Assembly (NCBI GenBank): GCA_002269645.1
Contig: NIVC01001430.1
Span: 62,001 to 126,000 of the forward strand
From: Macrostomum lignano
Taxonomy: Eukaryota
DNA length: 64,000 bases
Reading direction: 5' to 3'
The translations under genes and the position numbers were made by a program. Below are positions 31,801 to 43,205 of this stretch, one piece after another. The number at the start of each line of letters is the position of its first letter. Within the stretch, counting starts at the first letter, position 1. The notes below the pieces were generated by a model, which did no database searches, was not told the DNA's origin, and saw only the letters and a list, made by a program, of their open reading frames with translations.

Positions 31801-34478
31801 TAAACAAACTAATATAAAACAACCAAAAATCTTAGGTAAAGAAAATATTTTCGATAAGAAGTGACTGTTGCTAAGGAAAATTCAGCGTTGTCAAGGTAAA
31901 CAAATAATTAAACTTTCAATTTGAAAGTGATTTCCTAAATCCGTCGTTGTTAAGGAAATCTGACGGTTGTCAATGTAAACAATTTGATGGTTGCTATGAT
32001 AAACACCCCCATTATCCTCCCACCCGCAGCACTGGTACTCGTGCGTCACTGACCGCGCTCTGCACCCGGACAATCCGTTGCCGCAGCCCTCAGCCGCTGT
32101 CATGGCTTCGCTAGAGGCTCCGGCGGAGCTCCGACCCGAGGCCCGACAGGCTGAAGTTCACGACCGTCTTGAGCAGCTGCGCCAGGCCTGTCCGATTGTG
32201 CCGCGCCAGACTAGCAAGCGTCAGGAGGGTAAAACTGGCGCCGACGTTTTCGGCGACGATCCCCTTGCTGGAGCCGGCGCCGACAATGGCGCCGATGGCC
32301 CGGCTAAGAAGCGCGCCAAGTTGGAGACTGGCGAAACTTCGGACGACATCGCCGCGGCGCTGCTGCGACCGCGCGTCACCGAAGTTGGCGCCGTCACCCC
32401 GTTAGAGGATTTCGATGCCCTGATTGCTCAGGTGGGAAATAATAGTGTCATTAATAACCTAATTTCTTTCACGATTACTCTCTGCTCCTATCTCTCTCTT
32501 CTCTGGCCTAATCTGTCCGCCCCTGCCCTCCCCCTCTCCCCAATCCATCCGCCCCTTCCCTCCCCCTCTCCCCAATCCATCCGCCCCTTCCCTCCCCCTC
32601 TCACCAATCCATCCGCCCCTTCCCCCCTCTCACCAATCCATCCGCCCCTTCCCTTCCCCTCTCACCAACCCATCCGCCCCTGCCCTCCCCCTCTCACCAA
32701 CCCATCCGCCCCTGCCCTCCCCCTCTCCCTAATCCATCCGCCCCTGCCCCCCCTCACCAATCCATCCGCCCCTTCCCTACCCCTCTCACCAATCCATCCG
32801 CCCCTGCCCCCCCTCACCAATCCATCCGCCCCTTCCCTTCCCCTCTCACCAACCCATCCGCCCCTGCCCTCCCCCTCTCACCAACCCATCCGCCCCTGCC
32901 CTCCCCCTCTCCCTAATCCATCCGCCCCTGCCCCCCCCTCACCAATCCATCCGCCCCTTCCCTACCCCTCTCACCAATCCATCCGCCCCTGCCCCCCCTC
33001 ACCAATCCATCCGCCCCTGCCCCCCCCCTCACCAATCCATCCGCCCCTGCCCCCCCTCACCAATCCATCCGCCCCTTCCCTACCCCTCTCACCAATCCAT
33101 CCGCCCCTGCCCCCCCTCACCAATCCATCCGCCCTGCCCTCCCCCTCTCCCCAATCCATCCGCCCCTTGCCCTCCTCCTCTCCCCAGTTCATCCGCCTTT
33201 GCCCTCCTCCCCAATCCATCCGCCCCTTGCCCTCCTCCTCTCCCCAATCCATCCGCCCCTTGCCCTCCTCCTCTCCCCAATCCCTCCGCCCCTTGCCCTT
33301 TTTTGTCTCAATCAGTAAAGATTATAGCTTAGTATCGGATAGCTCAAGTCTAATATAATTAAACTACTAATTTCCCATCTGCAGATAACTAATTAATTAA
33401 TTAACCCAAATTCCCCGCAGGGCCAAACCGACGCGGCATTCTCCGGCATGCAGCGCCGCGTGGTTCAGCTGGTCAGCGACTCCTTTGGCGACGCCTACTT
33501 TCCCAAAGCTGGCGCCTGTTTGCGCGCCCTACGCGCCACCGCCAGAACTACGCCGGGCCGGGGTGCCGCTTTCAACGCCTTCCTCCGCGACTGGCTGCCT
33601 TCGTTGAGGCGGGACAGGCCGGCTTTCTTGACGCAGCACCTGGCTACTGAACAGGTTTGGAGGGATGTGGCGCCAAACAGATCCTATGGGAGTTGTGGCG
33701 CCAAACAGATCCTATGGGCGTTGTGGCGCCAAACAGATCCTATGGGAGTTGTGGCGCCAAACAGATCCTATGGGAGTTGTGGCGCCAAACAGATCCTAGG
33801 GGAGTTGAGGCGCCAAACAGATCCTATGAGAGTTGTGGCGCCAAACAGATCCTATGAGAGTTGTGGCGCCAAACAGATCCTATGAGAGTTGTGGCGCCAA
33901 TCGATTCTTTTAGATGTGGCGCCAATCGATTCTTTTAGATGTGGCGCCGATCGATTCTTTTAGATGTGGCGCCAATCCGTTCTTTTAGATGTGGCGCCAA
34001 TCCGTTCTTTTAGATGTGGCGCCAATCCGTTTTTTTAGATGTGGCGCCAATCGGTTCTTTTAAATGTGGCGCCGATCGGTGCTGTTAGATGTGGCTGGGG
34101 TGCCAATCGGTGCTGTTAGATGTGACGCCGATCGGTGCTGTTAGATGTGACGCTAATCGGTGCTGTTAGATGTGACGCCGATCGGTGCTGTTAGATGTGA
34201 CGCTAATCGGTGCTGTTAGATGTACTGAGCCACCAATTGGAATATATTTCATCTGCTGCCTCATCTGTTACCAACCAACCAATCAACCGACCAACCGTTG
34301 TCAGGGTCGCCGCGCGATGGGTTTCCTATCTAAAGACGAGACAGCCGACAGCGATTTAACAGCCGAGCAGTGCGCCGAATTGCTCGCTTCGTCCAGCGGT
34401 GGCGCCGATTCTGGCGCCGCCGGCAAAGGCGAAGACGGCGCCGAGGAAGAAGAAGATGACATGTTCGGCGATCTTTAA
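28511..34478 (+). CDS. XRCC5: Ku80 (ATP-dependent DNA helicase II subunit 2, NHEJ), ~765 aa
   Basis: Exons 28511-28639, 28892-29081, 29172-29220, 29781-30279, 30918-31538, 32030-32431, 33421-33654, 34305-34478, phase-consistent. Motifs IAIILDIGPHM (vWA start), KDEVAVVLAGTEMSDNPL, IDGLIVGVD, VRGYRYGSTLVPFS, ELAFREDIRTYTFPPL, NPYVQHWYSCVTDRALHP, VGAVTPLEDF, SFGDAYFPKAGACLRALR, acidic C-terminus EEEEDDMFGDL. Confidence 0.95.
28755..28868. repeat. (CTA)n microsatellite in Ku80 intron 1
   Basis: Read directly. Confidence 0.97.
29265..29650. repeat. Degenerate repeat built on TTAGGCTCAGATTTAGGTCAGT in Ku80 intron 3
   Basis: Read directly. Confidence 0.75.
30525..30830 (+). mobile_element. tRNA-derived SINE with a CORE-like central domain, ~300 bp, in Ku80 intron 4
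   Basis: tRNA-like head with A/B boxes (30525-30590); central TCCTTGAGCAAGACAATTAACTCTGCATTGCTTCAGTTCACCCAGCTGTAAAATGGGT resembles the CORE-SINE (MIR core) consensus TCCTTGGGCAAGTCACTTAAC...CTCAGTTTCCTCATCTGTAAAATGGG; AT-rich simple tail TTATTAATATTACTATTATA. Confidence 0.8.
31559..32005 (+). promoter_or_regulatory. Cluster of ~12 GTTGCTAAGGTAAAC-like motifs (RFX X-box half-site plus Forkhead-like GTAAACA) in Ku80 intron 5
   Basis: Motif starts at 31559, 31580, 31627, 31667, 31709, 31750, 31791, 31867, 31887, 31946, 31966, 31990 with non-conserved spacers. The cluster is seen directly; regulatory function is inference. Confidence 0.4.
32510..33295. repeat. C-rich minisatellite (CCCCTCTCACCAATCCATCCGCCCCT core) in Ku80 intron 6
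   Basis: Read directly. Confidence 0.9.
33665..34225. repeat. Compound 28-bp then 25-bp minisatellite sharing TGTGGCGCC in Ku80 intron 7
   Basis: Periods 33666 to 33694 and 33901 to 33926. Confidence 0.9.
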
Positions 34479-34799
34479 GCTCGATTTGAAATTTAAATAA
34501 AAGTTTTTTTAATTGATTCTTTCGTATAAAGTACATTGCGGTTAGTTCTACGAAATAAAAAGTACTTTTCATATTTGCAAATTTGTCTCTTGTTAGGAAG
34601 GAAGGCGTTTTAACTGCACTACATTATTAAATTATAACAATTGAGCTTTTGTTTGCCAAGTTTGACTTTGACCATAATTCTCTTCTTATCATCCCTGTTA
34701 GTTCCTACATTTTTTATCCAGCTAAGTGTAATATCTCCTTCATAACTGAATAATGTTGTATTTGCTATTCGAAATTACTCACTAAACATATGGCCTAAA

Positions 34800-35095
34800 A
34801 TTTCCGTTGCTAAGGAGCAGCGACTCAGTAACTAAGGCCCAGTAAGCTCGGTTGCTATGGGGAAGCGACTCGGTAACTAAGGACCATTAAGCTCGGTTTC
34901 TAAGGGGAAGCGACTCGGTAACTAAGGCCTTAGTTACTCGGTAACTCGGTAACTAAGCCATTAAGCTCGGTTGCTAAGGGGAAGCGACTCGGTAACTAAG
35001 GCCTTAGCTACTCGGTAACTCGGTAACTAAGCCATTAAGTGACTCGGTAACTAAGCCATTAAGCTCGGTTGCTAAGGGGAAGCGACAGTAACTTA
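34800..35095. repeat. Short-motif array (CTCGGTAACTAAG / CTCGGTTGCTAAGG) between Ku80 and DEF8
   Basis: Read directly. Confidence 0.85.
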
Positions 35096-35583
35096 AAAGC
35101 ATCACTGCCTTAGCTATTTTTCTATTTTCTACTCTAAGCATGAAATGTTATATTTACACGAGTTCCATTGTAACCAATTAGCACTGTTGCATTTTTGTCT
35201 GTTAAAATGTCATTTTTATCCCTTAATAGGTAGCTTTTATTTCTTTTCGTCTGAGGATTTTTTCTGTTCTGTATGTATAATTGCATCCATATTGTTTTTT
35301 TCTCGCTGTAGAGGATCATAAGAAAAACAATAAATGCCGCCACTCCATATCTCTGCAGCGTTTTGTGCGACTTGCGTTCGATTTTTATAATCGTTAGACA
35401 ATTTCAATCATTTTATTTTCTTTTTACGATTATAGCATTTTTCGCAATAAAACTACTTAAAGTAGGAGCCTGTAATACTGCAATTAAAAATTATTATTAA
35501 ATAATCGTTGGTACACTACTGAATTCGATTTTATAAGTAGTAGCTGTAAAGAAATCTAACAATAAAATGTTTGTTAAATTTTT

Positions 35584-38500
35584 ATGCTACAATCCGAAGC
35601 TCAAAGCCCGCTGACAGCTGCGTCACTGGACGTCGACGCCGATGTCGACGCCAACGCCGATGCCAACGCCGACAATCGTCGCCAAATCGAGCAGCGACAA
35701 CGCGACGAAGAATCGCCGCTGCCAGAGGTGGCAGCCGATCTTGGCGACGTTTGGTCGTCGTCGCCGTTGGCTGACGCCGGTGATTCGACGTCGTTGAGTA
35801 CAGCGGCGGCGACAGTGACTTTGACGACCACTATGACGGCAACGGCAGCGTCGATGTCAGCTGGTCAGCGCAATCGCAGCCTATCCAGCAGCCTAGAAGC
35901 CGAACGGGTCAATCCGTTCAACATTGTCGGCGCCGGGCTCCTCCTCGGCCTCGGTCACTGGCGTCAGCGCAGCGACTCGGAGCGTCGGGCGACGCCTCCG
36001 CCGTCGTCGTCGACGCCGCCGCCTCCGTCGCAGTTGCCACCATCCTCGCTGTCAAGTTCGTCGATAAACTCGAATCATCATCAACACCAGCTGCTGGCGG
36101 CCGCCGACGGCCTGGTCGAGGATCATTACGCGCCGGAGAGGCGGCGGCAGCCAGACGACTATCAGAGTCGGGCTGACCTACAGGCTGAGATCTCTCGCCT
36201 ACAGGCCGAATTCCTTGCCGAGAATGTCGCCGAGCAAGCCGACAGCGAAGTTGACGATGAGCGTCAAGAGCGGCGCAGGCAGCTGTACGAGCGTTTAATT
36301 GAATTGAAGTTTCGGCTGCACCGGCTTTCGGACAGTGTCCGGCTGGCTACGGGAAAGACTGGCGCTGCTACTGCCGGAGCGGCGGCGGCGGCGGCTAGCG
36401 ACATCGTTGCTGCCGATGATGACAGCGAAGCTAGAGAGGATCTGACCATCACACCGGCTGCCAGCAGTGTCGACGAAGTTGGTCGAGACGACGAGCCGCG
36501 GGTGAGAATGGCCCATCGGGTTTATGGTGCTCATTAAACTGGAAACTCGCTGCTCACTTTTCAGGCCAGTTAGCCTCGATTATCCAAACTACAATGCGCA
36601 AAACTTCGAATGGCCAAACTCAAAATCCCCGAATTTCAAATCTTCAAAAATTCAAATCCCTAGCTATACTCGAAATTAAAATCCTCAAACTTCAAATCCC
36701 TGTACTCAAATCAAAATCCTCAAACTTCAAATCCCTGTACTCAAATCAAAATCCTCAAACTTCAAATCCCTGTACTCAAATCAAAATCCTCAAACTTCAA
36801 ATCCCTGTACTCAAATCAAAATCCCCATAACTCTAAATCCCTTTTTACTCAATTAAAAATCCTGATAACTTCAAATCCCTGTACTCAAAATTAAAATCCC
36901 CAAAACTTTTGCCCTACCCAAGGTATCTATTATTACAATCCCCCAGGTAATCCTGAGCCACGCGTTTGTCACCTCGACTGGCAAACCGTCTGGCCAGTGC
37001 GACGTGTGCGCCAAGGAGCTGCTGAAGCTGGGCTTCATCTTAGCCGGCCAGTTCAGCCGGTGCTGCCGCTGCGGCCTGCTGGCCCACCCGGCCTGTCTGG
37101 ACCGCATGGTGCGGCCCTGCATAGCGGACGAATTAGAGAGCGGCCGACTGAAGCTGGAATGGACCAAGCTGTACATGTTTCCCAGTCTGAGAGAGCAGGA
37201 CTACGCTTGTAAAGGCTGCTCTAGGTGGGTAGATTTTCTGGTGTCATCATGAACATTAATAATCTCCTCTGGAAAATTCTACGAATCTTCACAAAACACT
37301 GAAACAATTTTATAAACATTCCTGAAGCATCCTGAGAATGGCCCCTGAAACACCTGAGAATCGCCCCTGAAACACCTGAGAATGGCCCCTGAAACACCTA
37401 AGAATTGCCCCTGAAACACCCGAGAATCGCCCCTGAAACACCTGAGAATGGGCCCTGAAACACCCTGAAAATGGCCCCTGAAACATCTGAGAATCGCCCC
37501 TGAAACACCCGAGAATCGCCCCTGAAACACCCGAGAATCGCCCCTGAAACACCCGAGAATCGCCCCTGAAACATCTGAGAATCGCCCCTGAAACATCTGA
37601 TAAGAATCGCTCTCTAAGAATCGCCCCTGAAACACCTGAGAATCGCCCCTGAAACACCTGAGAATGGGCCCTGAAACACCCTGAAAATAGCCCATGAAAC
37701 ATCTGAGAATCTCCCCTGAAACACCCGAGAATCGCCCCTGAAACACCCGAGAATCGCCCCTGAAACATCTGATAAGAATCGCTCTCTAAGAATCGCCCCT
37801 GAAACACCTGAGAATCGCCCCTGAAACACCCGAGAATCGCCCCTGAAACACCCTGAAAATAGCCCATGAAACATCTGAGAATCTCCCCTGAAACACCCGA
37901 GAATCGCCCCTGAAACACCCGAGAATCGCCCCTGAAACACCCGAGAATCGCCCCTGAAACACCCTGAAAATAGCCCATGAAACATCTGAGAATCTCCCCT
38001 GAAACACCCGAGAATCGCCCCTGAAACACCCGAGAATCGCCCCTGAAACACCCGAGAATCGCCCCTGAAACATCTGAGAATCGCCCCTGAAACATCTGAT
38101 AAGAATCGCTCTCTAAGAATCGATTTTCTGGTGTCATCATGAACATTAATAATCTCCTCTGGAAAATTCTACGAATCTTCACAAAACACTAAAACAATTT
38201 TATAAACATTCCTGAAGCATCCTGAGAATGGCCCCTGAAACACCTGAGAATGGCCCCTGAAACACCTAAGAATTGCCCCTGAAACACCCGAGAATCGCCC
38301 CTGAAACACCTGAGAATGGGCCCTGAAACACCCTGAAAATGGCCCCTGAAACATCTGAGAATCGCCCCTGAAACACCTGAGAATCGCCTCTGAAACACCT
38401 GAGAATCGCCCCTGAAACACCCGAGAATCGCCCCTGAAACACCCGAGAATCGCCCCTGAAACATCTGAGAATCGCCCCTGAAACATCTGATAAGAATCGC

Positions 38501-41500
38501 TCTCTAAGAATCGCCCCTGAAACACCTGAGAATCGCCCCTGAAACACCTGAGAATGGGCCCTGAAACACCCTGAAAATAGCCCATGAAACATCTGAGAAT
38601 CTCCCCTGAAACACCCGAGAATCGCCCCTGAAACACCCGAGAATCGCCCCTGAAACACCCGAGAATCGCCCCTGAAACATCTGAGAATCGCCCCTGAAAC
38701 ATCTGATAAGAATCGCTCTCTAAGAATCGATTTTCTGGTGTCATCATGAACATTAATAATCTCCTCTGGAAAATTCTACGAATCTTCACAAAACACTGAA
38801 ACAATTTTATAAACATTCCTGAAGCATCCTGAGAATGGCTTCAGAAACACCTGAGAATCGCCCCTGAAACACCTGAGAATGGCCCCTGAAACACCTAAGA
38901 ATTGCCCCTGAAACACCCGAGAATCGCCCCTGAAACACCTGAGAATGGGCCCTGAAACACCCTGAAAATGGCCCCTGAAACATCTGAGAATCGCCCCTGA
39001 AACACCTGAGAATCGCCTCTGAAACACCTGAGAATCGCCCCTGAAACACCTGAGAATCGCCCCTGAAACACCCGAGAATCGCCCCTGAAACACCCGAGAA
39101 TCGCCCCTGAAACATCTGAGAATCGCCCCTGAAACATCTGATAAGAATCGCTCTCTAAGAATCGCCCCTGAAACACCTGAGAATCGCCCCTGAAACACCC
39201 GAGAATCGCCCCTGAAACACCCTGAAAATAGCCCATGAAACATCTGAGAATCTCCCCTGAAACACCCGAGAATCGCCCCTGAAACACCCGAGAATCGCCC
39301 CTGAAACACCCGAGAATCGGTCCTGAAACATCTGAGAATCGCCCCTGAAACATCTGATAAGAATCGCTCTCTAAGAATCGATTTTCTGGTGTCATCATGA
39401 ACATTAATAATCTCCTCTGGAAAATTCTACGAATCTTCACAAAACACTGAAACAATTTTATAAACATTCCTGAAGCATCCTGAGAATGGCCCCTGAAACA
39501 CCTGAGAATCGCCCCTGAAACACCTGAGAATGGCCCCTGAAACACCTAAGAATTGCCCCTGAAACACCCGAGAATCGCCCCTGAAACACCTGAGAATGGG
39601 CCCTGAAACACCCTGAAAATGGCCCCTGAAACACCTGAGAATCGCCCCTGAAACACCCGAGAATCGCCCCTGAAACACCCGAGAATCGCCCCTGAAACAC
39701 CCGAGAATCGCCCCTGAAACACCCGAGAATCGCCCCTGAAACATCTGAGAATCTCCCCTGAAAAACCCTGAAAATGGCCCCTGAAACATCTGAGAATCGC
39801 CCCTGAAACACCCGAGAATGGCCCCTGAAACACCCTGAAAATGGCCCCTGAAACATCTGAGAATGGCCCCTGAAACACCCTGAAAATGACCCCTGAAACA
39901 TCTGAGAATCGCCCCTGAAACACCCGAGAATCGCCCCTGAAACACCCTGAAAATGGCCCCTGAAACATCTGAGAATCGCCCCTGAAACACCCGAGAATCG
40001 CCCCTGAAACACCCGAGAATCGCCTCTGAAACATCTGAGAATCACCCCTGAAACACCTGAGAATGGCCCCTGAAACACCCTGAAAATGGCCCCTGAAACA
40101 TTTGAGAATCTCCCCTGATACACCCGAGAATCGCCCCTGAAACACCCGAGAATCGCCCCTGAAACACCCGAGAATCGCCCCTGAAACACCTGAGAATGGC
40201 CCCTGAAACATCTGAGAATCGCCCCTGAAACACCCGAGAATCGCCCCTGAAACACCCGAGAATCGCCTCTGAAACACCTGAGAATCACCCCTGAAACATC
40301 TGAGAATCGCCCCTGAAACACCTGAGAATGGCCCCTGAAACATCTGAGAATCGCCCCTGAAACACCCGAGAATCGCCCCTGAAACACCCTGAAAATAGCC
40401 CATGAAACATCTGAGAATCTCCCCTGAAACACCCGAGAATCGCCCCTGAAACACCTGAGAATCACCCCTGAAAAATCTGAGAATCGCCCCTGAAACATCT
40501 GATAAGAATCGCTCTCTAAGAATCGATTTTCTGGTGTCATCATGAACATTAATAATCTCCTCTGGAAAATTCTACGAATCTTCACAAAACACTGAAACAA
40601 TTTTATAAACATTCCTGAAGCATCCTGAGAATGGCTTCTGAAACACCTGAGAATCGCCCCTGAAACACCTGAGAATGGCCCCTGAAACACCTAAGAATTG
40701 CCCCTGAAACACCCGAGAATCGCCCCTGAAACACCTGAGAATGGGCCCTGAAACACCCTGAAAATGGCCCCTGAAACACCTGAGAATCGCCCCTGAAACA
40801 CCCGAGAATGGCCCCTGAAACACCCTGAAAATGGCCCCTGAAACATCTGAGAATCGCCCCTGAAACTCCCTGCCGGAAGCACCCTGATAATGGCTTCCGA
40901 ATCGCCCCAATAACCCCTCAAAACGCATTGAAACACACTGAAGTCTGCTGTGAAGCGCAGCAAGAATCGCCTCCGCCCCAATCGCTCCTCCTCCTCCTCC
41001 CAGATCCCTAACTCAGCTGTCGGAGGCGCGGCTGTGCCACTACACCGGCCTGCTGTACTGCCACGCCTGCCACTGGGGCGATGCGGTGCCCCTGCCCAGC
41101 TTCATCCTCGGCCGGCTGGACGCCACGCCTCAGCCCGTGTGCCGGCGCGCACTCGAAGTGCTTCGGTTCTCGCGCACTCGCCCGGCTATCGATCTGGCCT
41201 CGCCCTTAGCAACCGTGTTTGTCAGCGTAGCCGGCCGGCAGCTGCCAGCGGCTCGCGATTTTGACCAGCTTAGGGCTCGGCTCAGCCGGCTGGTGCCGCT
41301 GCTCAGCGCCTGTCAGGGCTTCCGGCGGCTGGGGCTGGCCAAGCTGGTGAGCGATGAGGCTCAGCTAGTGTTGCTGGGCCCTGTCTGCCCTGCTTCTCAC
41401 TGCACACTTCACTGCTGCTGTCTAGATCTGCTTTTTCTCCCTCTAACTCCCCCTCCCTCTCTCCCTCCCTCTCTCTCCCTCTCCCTCCCTCACTCTCCCT

Positions 41501-42322
41501 CCTTCTCTCTCCCTCACTCTCCCTCTCTCTCCCTCTCCCTCCCTAACTCTCCCTTCTCCCTCCCTCACTCTCCCTCCCTCACTCTCCCTCTCTCTCCCTC
41601 CCTCTCTCTCCCTCTCTCTCTCCCTCACTCTCCCTCCCTCTCTCTCCCTTCTCCCTCCCTCACTCTCCCTCCCTCTCTCTCCCTCCCTCCCTCTCCCTCT
41701 CTCTCCCTCCCTCTCCCTCCCTGCCTCTCTCTCCCTCTCTCTCCCTCCCTCTCTCTCCCTCCCTCTCTCTCCCTCTCTCTCCCTCCCTCTCCCTCCCTGC
41801 CTCTCTCTCCGTCCCTCTCCCTCCCTGCCTCTCTCTCCCTCTCTCTCCCTCCTCTCCCTCCCTCACTCCCCCTCCCTCTACTTCTGTCTCCTTCCCTCTC
41901 ACTCTGCCTCACTTACTCTCTCCCTCTCACCCTCTCCCTCTCCCTCTACTTCTCTCCCTCCCTCCCTCTTCCTCTCACTGTCCCTCACACTCGCGCTCTT
42001 TTCCTCTCACTTGTCTCACTCCCCATCCTGCCTGTCTCAGATGCCCAGTTTCCATGGATTTTTTTACGAATCGCTGCAGCTGTGGCACAGTTTACATCTC
42101 ACACGTTCAACCATCCATCCATTACATCCGCAGCTGCCGGAGCACCGTTTGCACTTTCTCAACAATCACAATATGTACTCTTATCAGGACCTGCTGGACC
42201 TGGTCGTAGCCGGCACTCTGAGAGACGATTTGGCCCGTCTGTTGGCCCTGGTTGATGGGCACATTGACACCTGCTCGGCTTGCAATGAAAGCAGTCAGAC
42301 TTTGAGCACCGCCTCTGGATGA
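35584..42322 (+). CDS. DEF8: DEF8 (differentially expressed in FDCP 8; C1 + Rubicon-homology domain); start codon uncertain, C-terminus truncated
   Basis: Exons 35584-36501, 36947-37224, 41004-41346, 42134-42322, phase-consistent. DEF8 signatures RVNPFN, GLVEDHY, RLIELKFRL, EPRVILSHAF, C1 domain (H..C..C..C..C..H..C..C), QDYACKGC, EARLCHYTGLLYCHACHWGD, HFLNNHNMYSYQDLLDL. Confidence 0.88.
36680..36890. repeat. 35-bp repeat (CAAATCCCTGTACTCAAATCAAAATCCTCAAACTT) in DEF8 intron 1
   Basis: Period 36681 to 36716. Confidence 0.88.
37232..40900. repeat. 3.7-kb higher-order satellite in DEF8 intron 2: 22-bp monomer (GAGAATCGCCCCTGAAACACCT) punctuated by a ~100-bp non-repetitive block repeated five times
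   Basis: Block GATTTTCTGGTGTCATCATGAAC...GAAGCATCC starts at 37232, 38122, 38729, 39380, 40525. Confidence 0.95.
41435..41990. repeat. CT-rich low-complexity tract in DEF8 intron 3
   Basis: Read directly. Confidence 0.92.
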
Positions 42323-42369
42323 TATGAGAGAATTAGCGAATTCTCAGTGACCGAATTAGCGAGTAGCAA

Positions 42370-42600
42370 AGCTGAGAGGTAGATGTAGGGGAGTTTGAGA
42401 GGTAGATGTAGGGGAGTTTGAGAGGTAGATAGTAGGAGAGTTTGAGAGGTAGATGTAGGGGAGTTTGAGAGGTAGATGTAGGGGAGTTTGAGAGGTAGAT
42501 GTAGGGGAGTTTGAGAGGTAGATAGTAGGGAAGTTTGAGAGGTAGATAGTAGGGGAGTATGAGAGGTAGATAGTATAGACAGGGGGAGAGGTAGATAGTA
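42370..42600. repeat. ~23-bp repeat (GAGAGGTAGATGTAGGGGAGTTT) after the DEF8 stop
   Basis: Read directly. Confidence 0.88.
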
Positions 42601-43205
42601 CCTGTAGCCTATAGACAGGTGACGGAGAGTAGAAAGCCATGTTTTCTACCATAGAACAATGCCATCTGAATCCCATTGGTTGTGGAAAAATTGTATACTC
42701 CGTCAATCATATTGAAGTTATTGTATATTATTGGAGATAAGATTTATTTAAACGTGTTTTTGAGTCTCCCCAGATTCTTATGTGATATACTAATTATTAT
42801 TCGTGTCATTAACGTTTGGCAGTAAAAAATTATGCGACTGTGTGTACGTACTACTTGTCAGTAGTGTTGTAAAAATTGAACAAATTCGTATTTAAATCTT
42901 ATTGAGTCCCCTACAGAGTACTAACCTAGCTTTGCCAATTGTTAATTCTACATTATTGTTCGTCCAGACTCCACTGCTAATAATATGTTTTATTATTCCG
43001 ATTATATTTATATTTATCTAAGCTAATCTATGGGAATAATTCCTGACAATAAAATTCTTTGTTTTAAACTGTGTTGCTATTTTTTCTTTGTAAGATTGCC
43101 ATATTTGTCTCTCTAGCAGTTGCATTATGATAATTCTGCCACCATTTTTTTCGAATTTCAGTCCGAATACCTGAAGCAGATTACATAATTGCCAAGATTA
43201 TTGCA

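Noticed and set aside
32432-33358. Proline-rich extension of the 426-aa ORF at 32078
   Set aside because: Read-through of Ku80 exon 6 into a C-rich intronic minisatellite; the real frame splices at 32431.
37279-40981. Many long - strand ORFs (FQGRFSGVSGAIL repeats, up to 410 aa)
   Set aside because: Stop-free frames of the 22-bp satellite in DEF8 intron 2.
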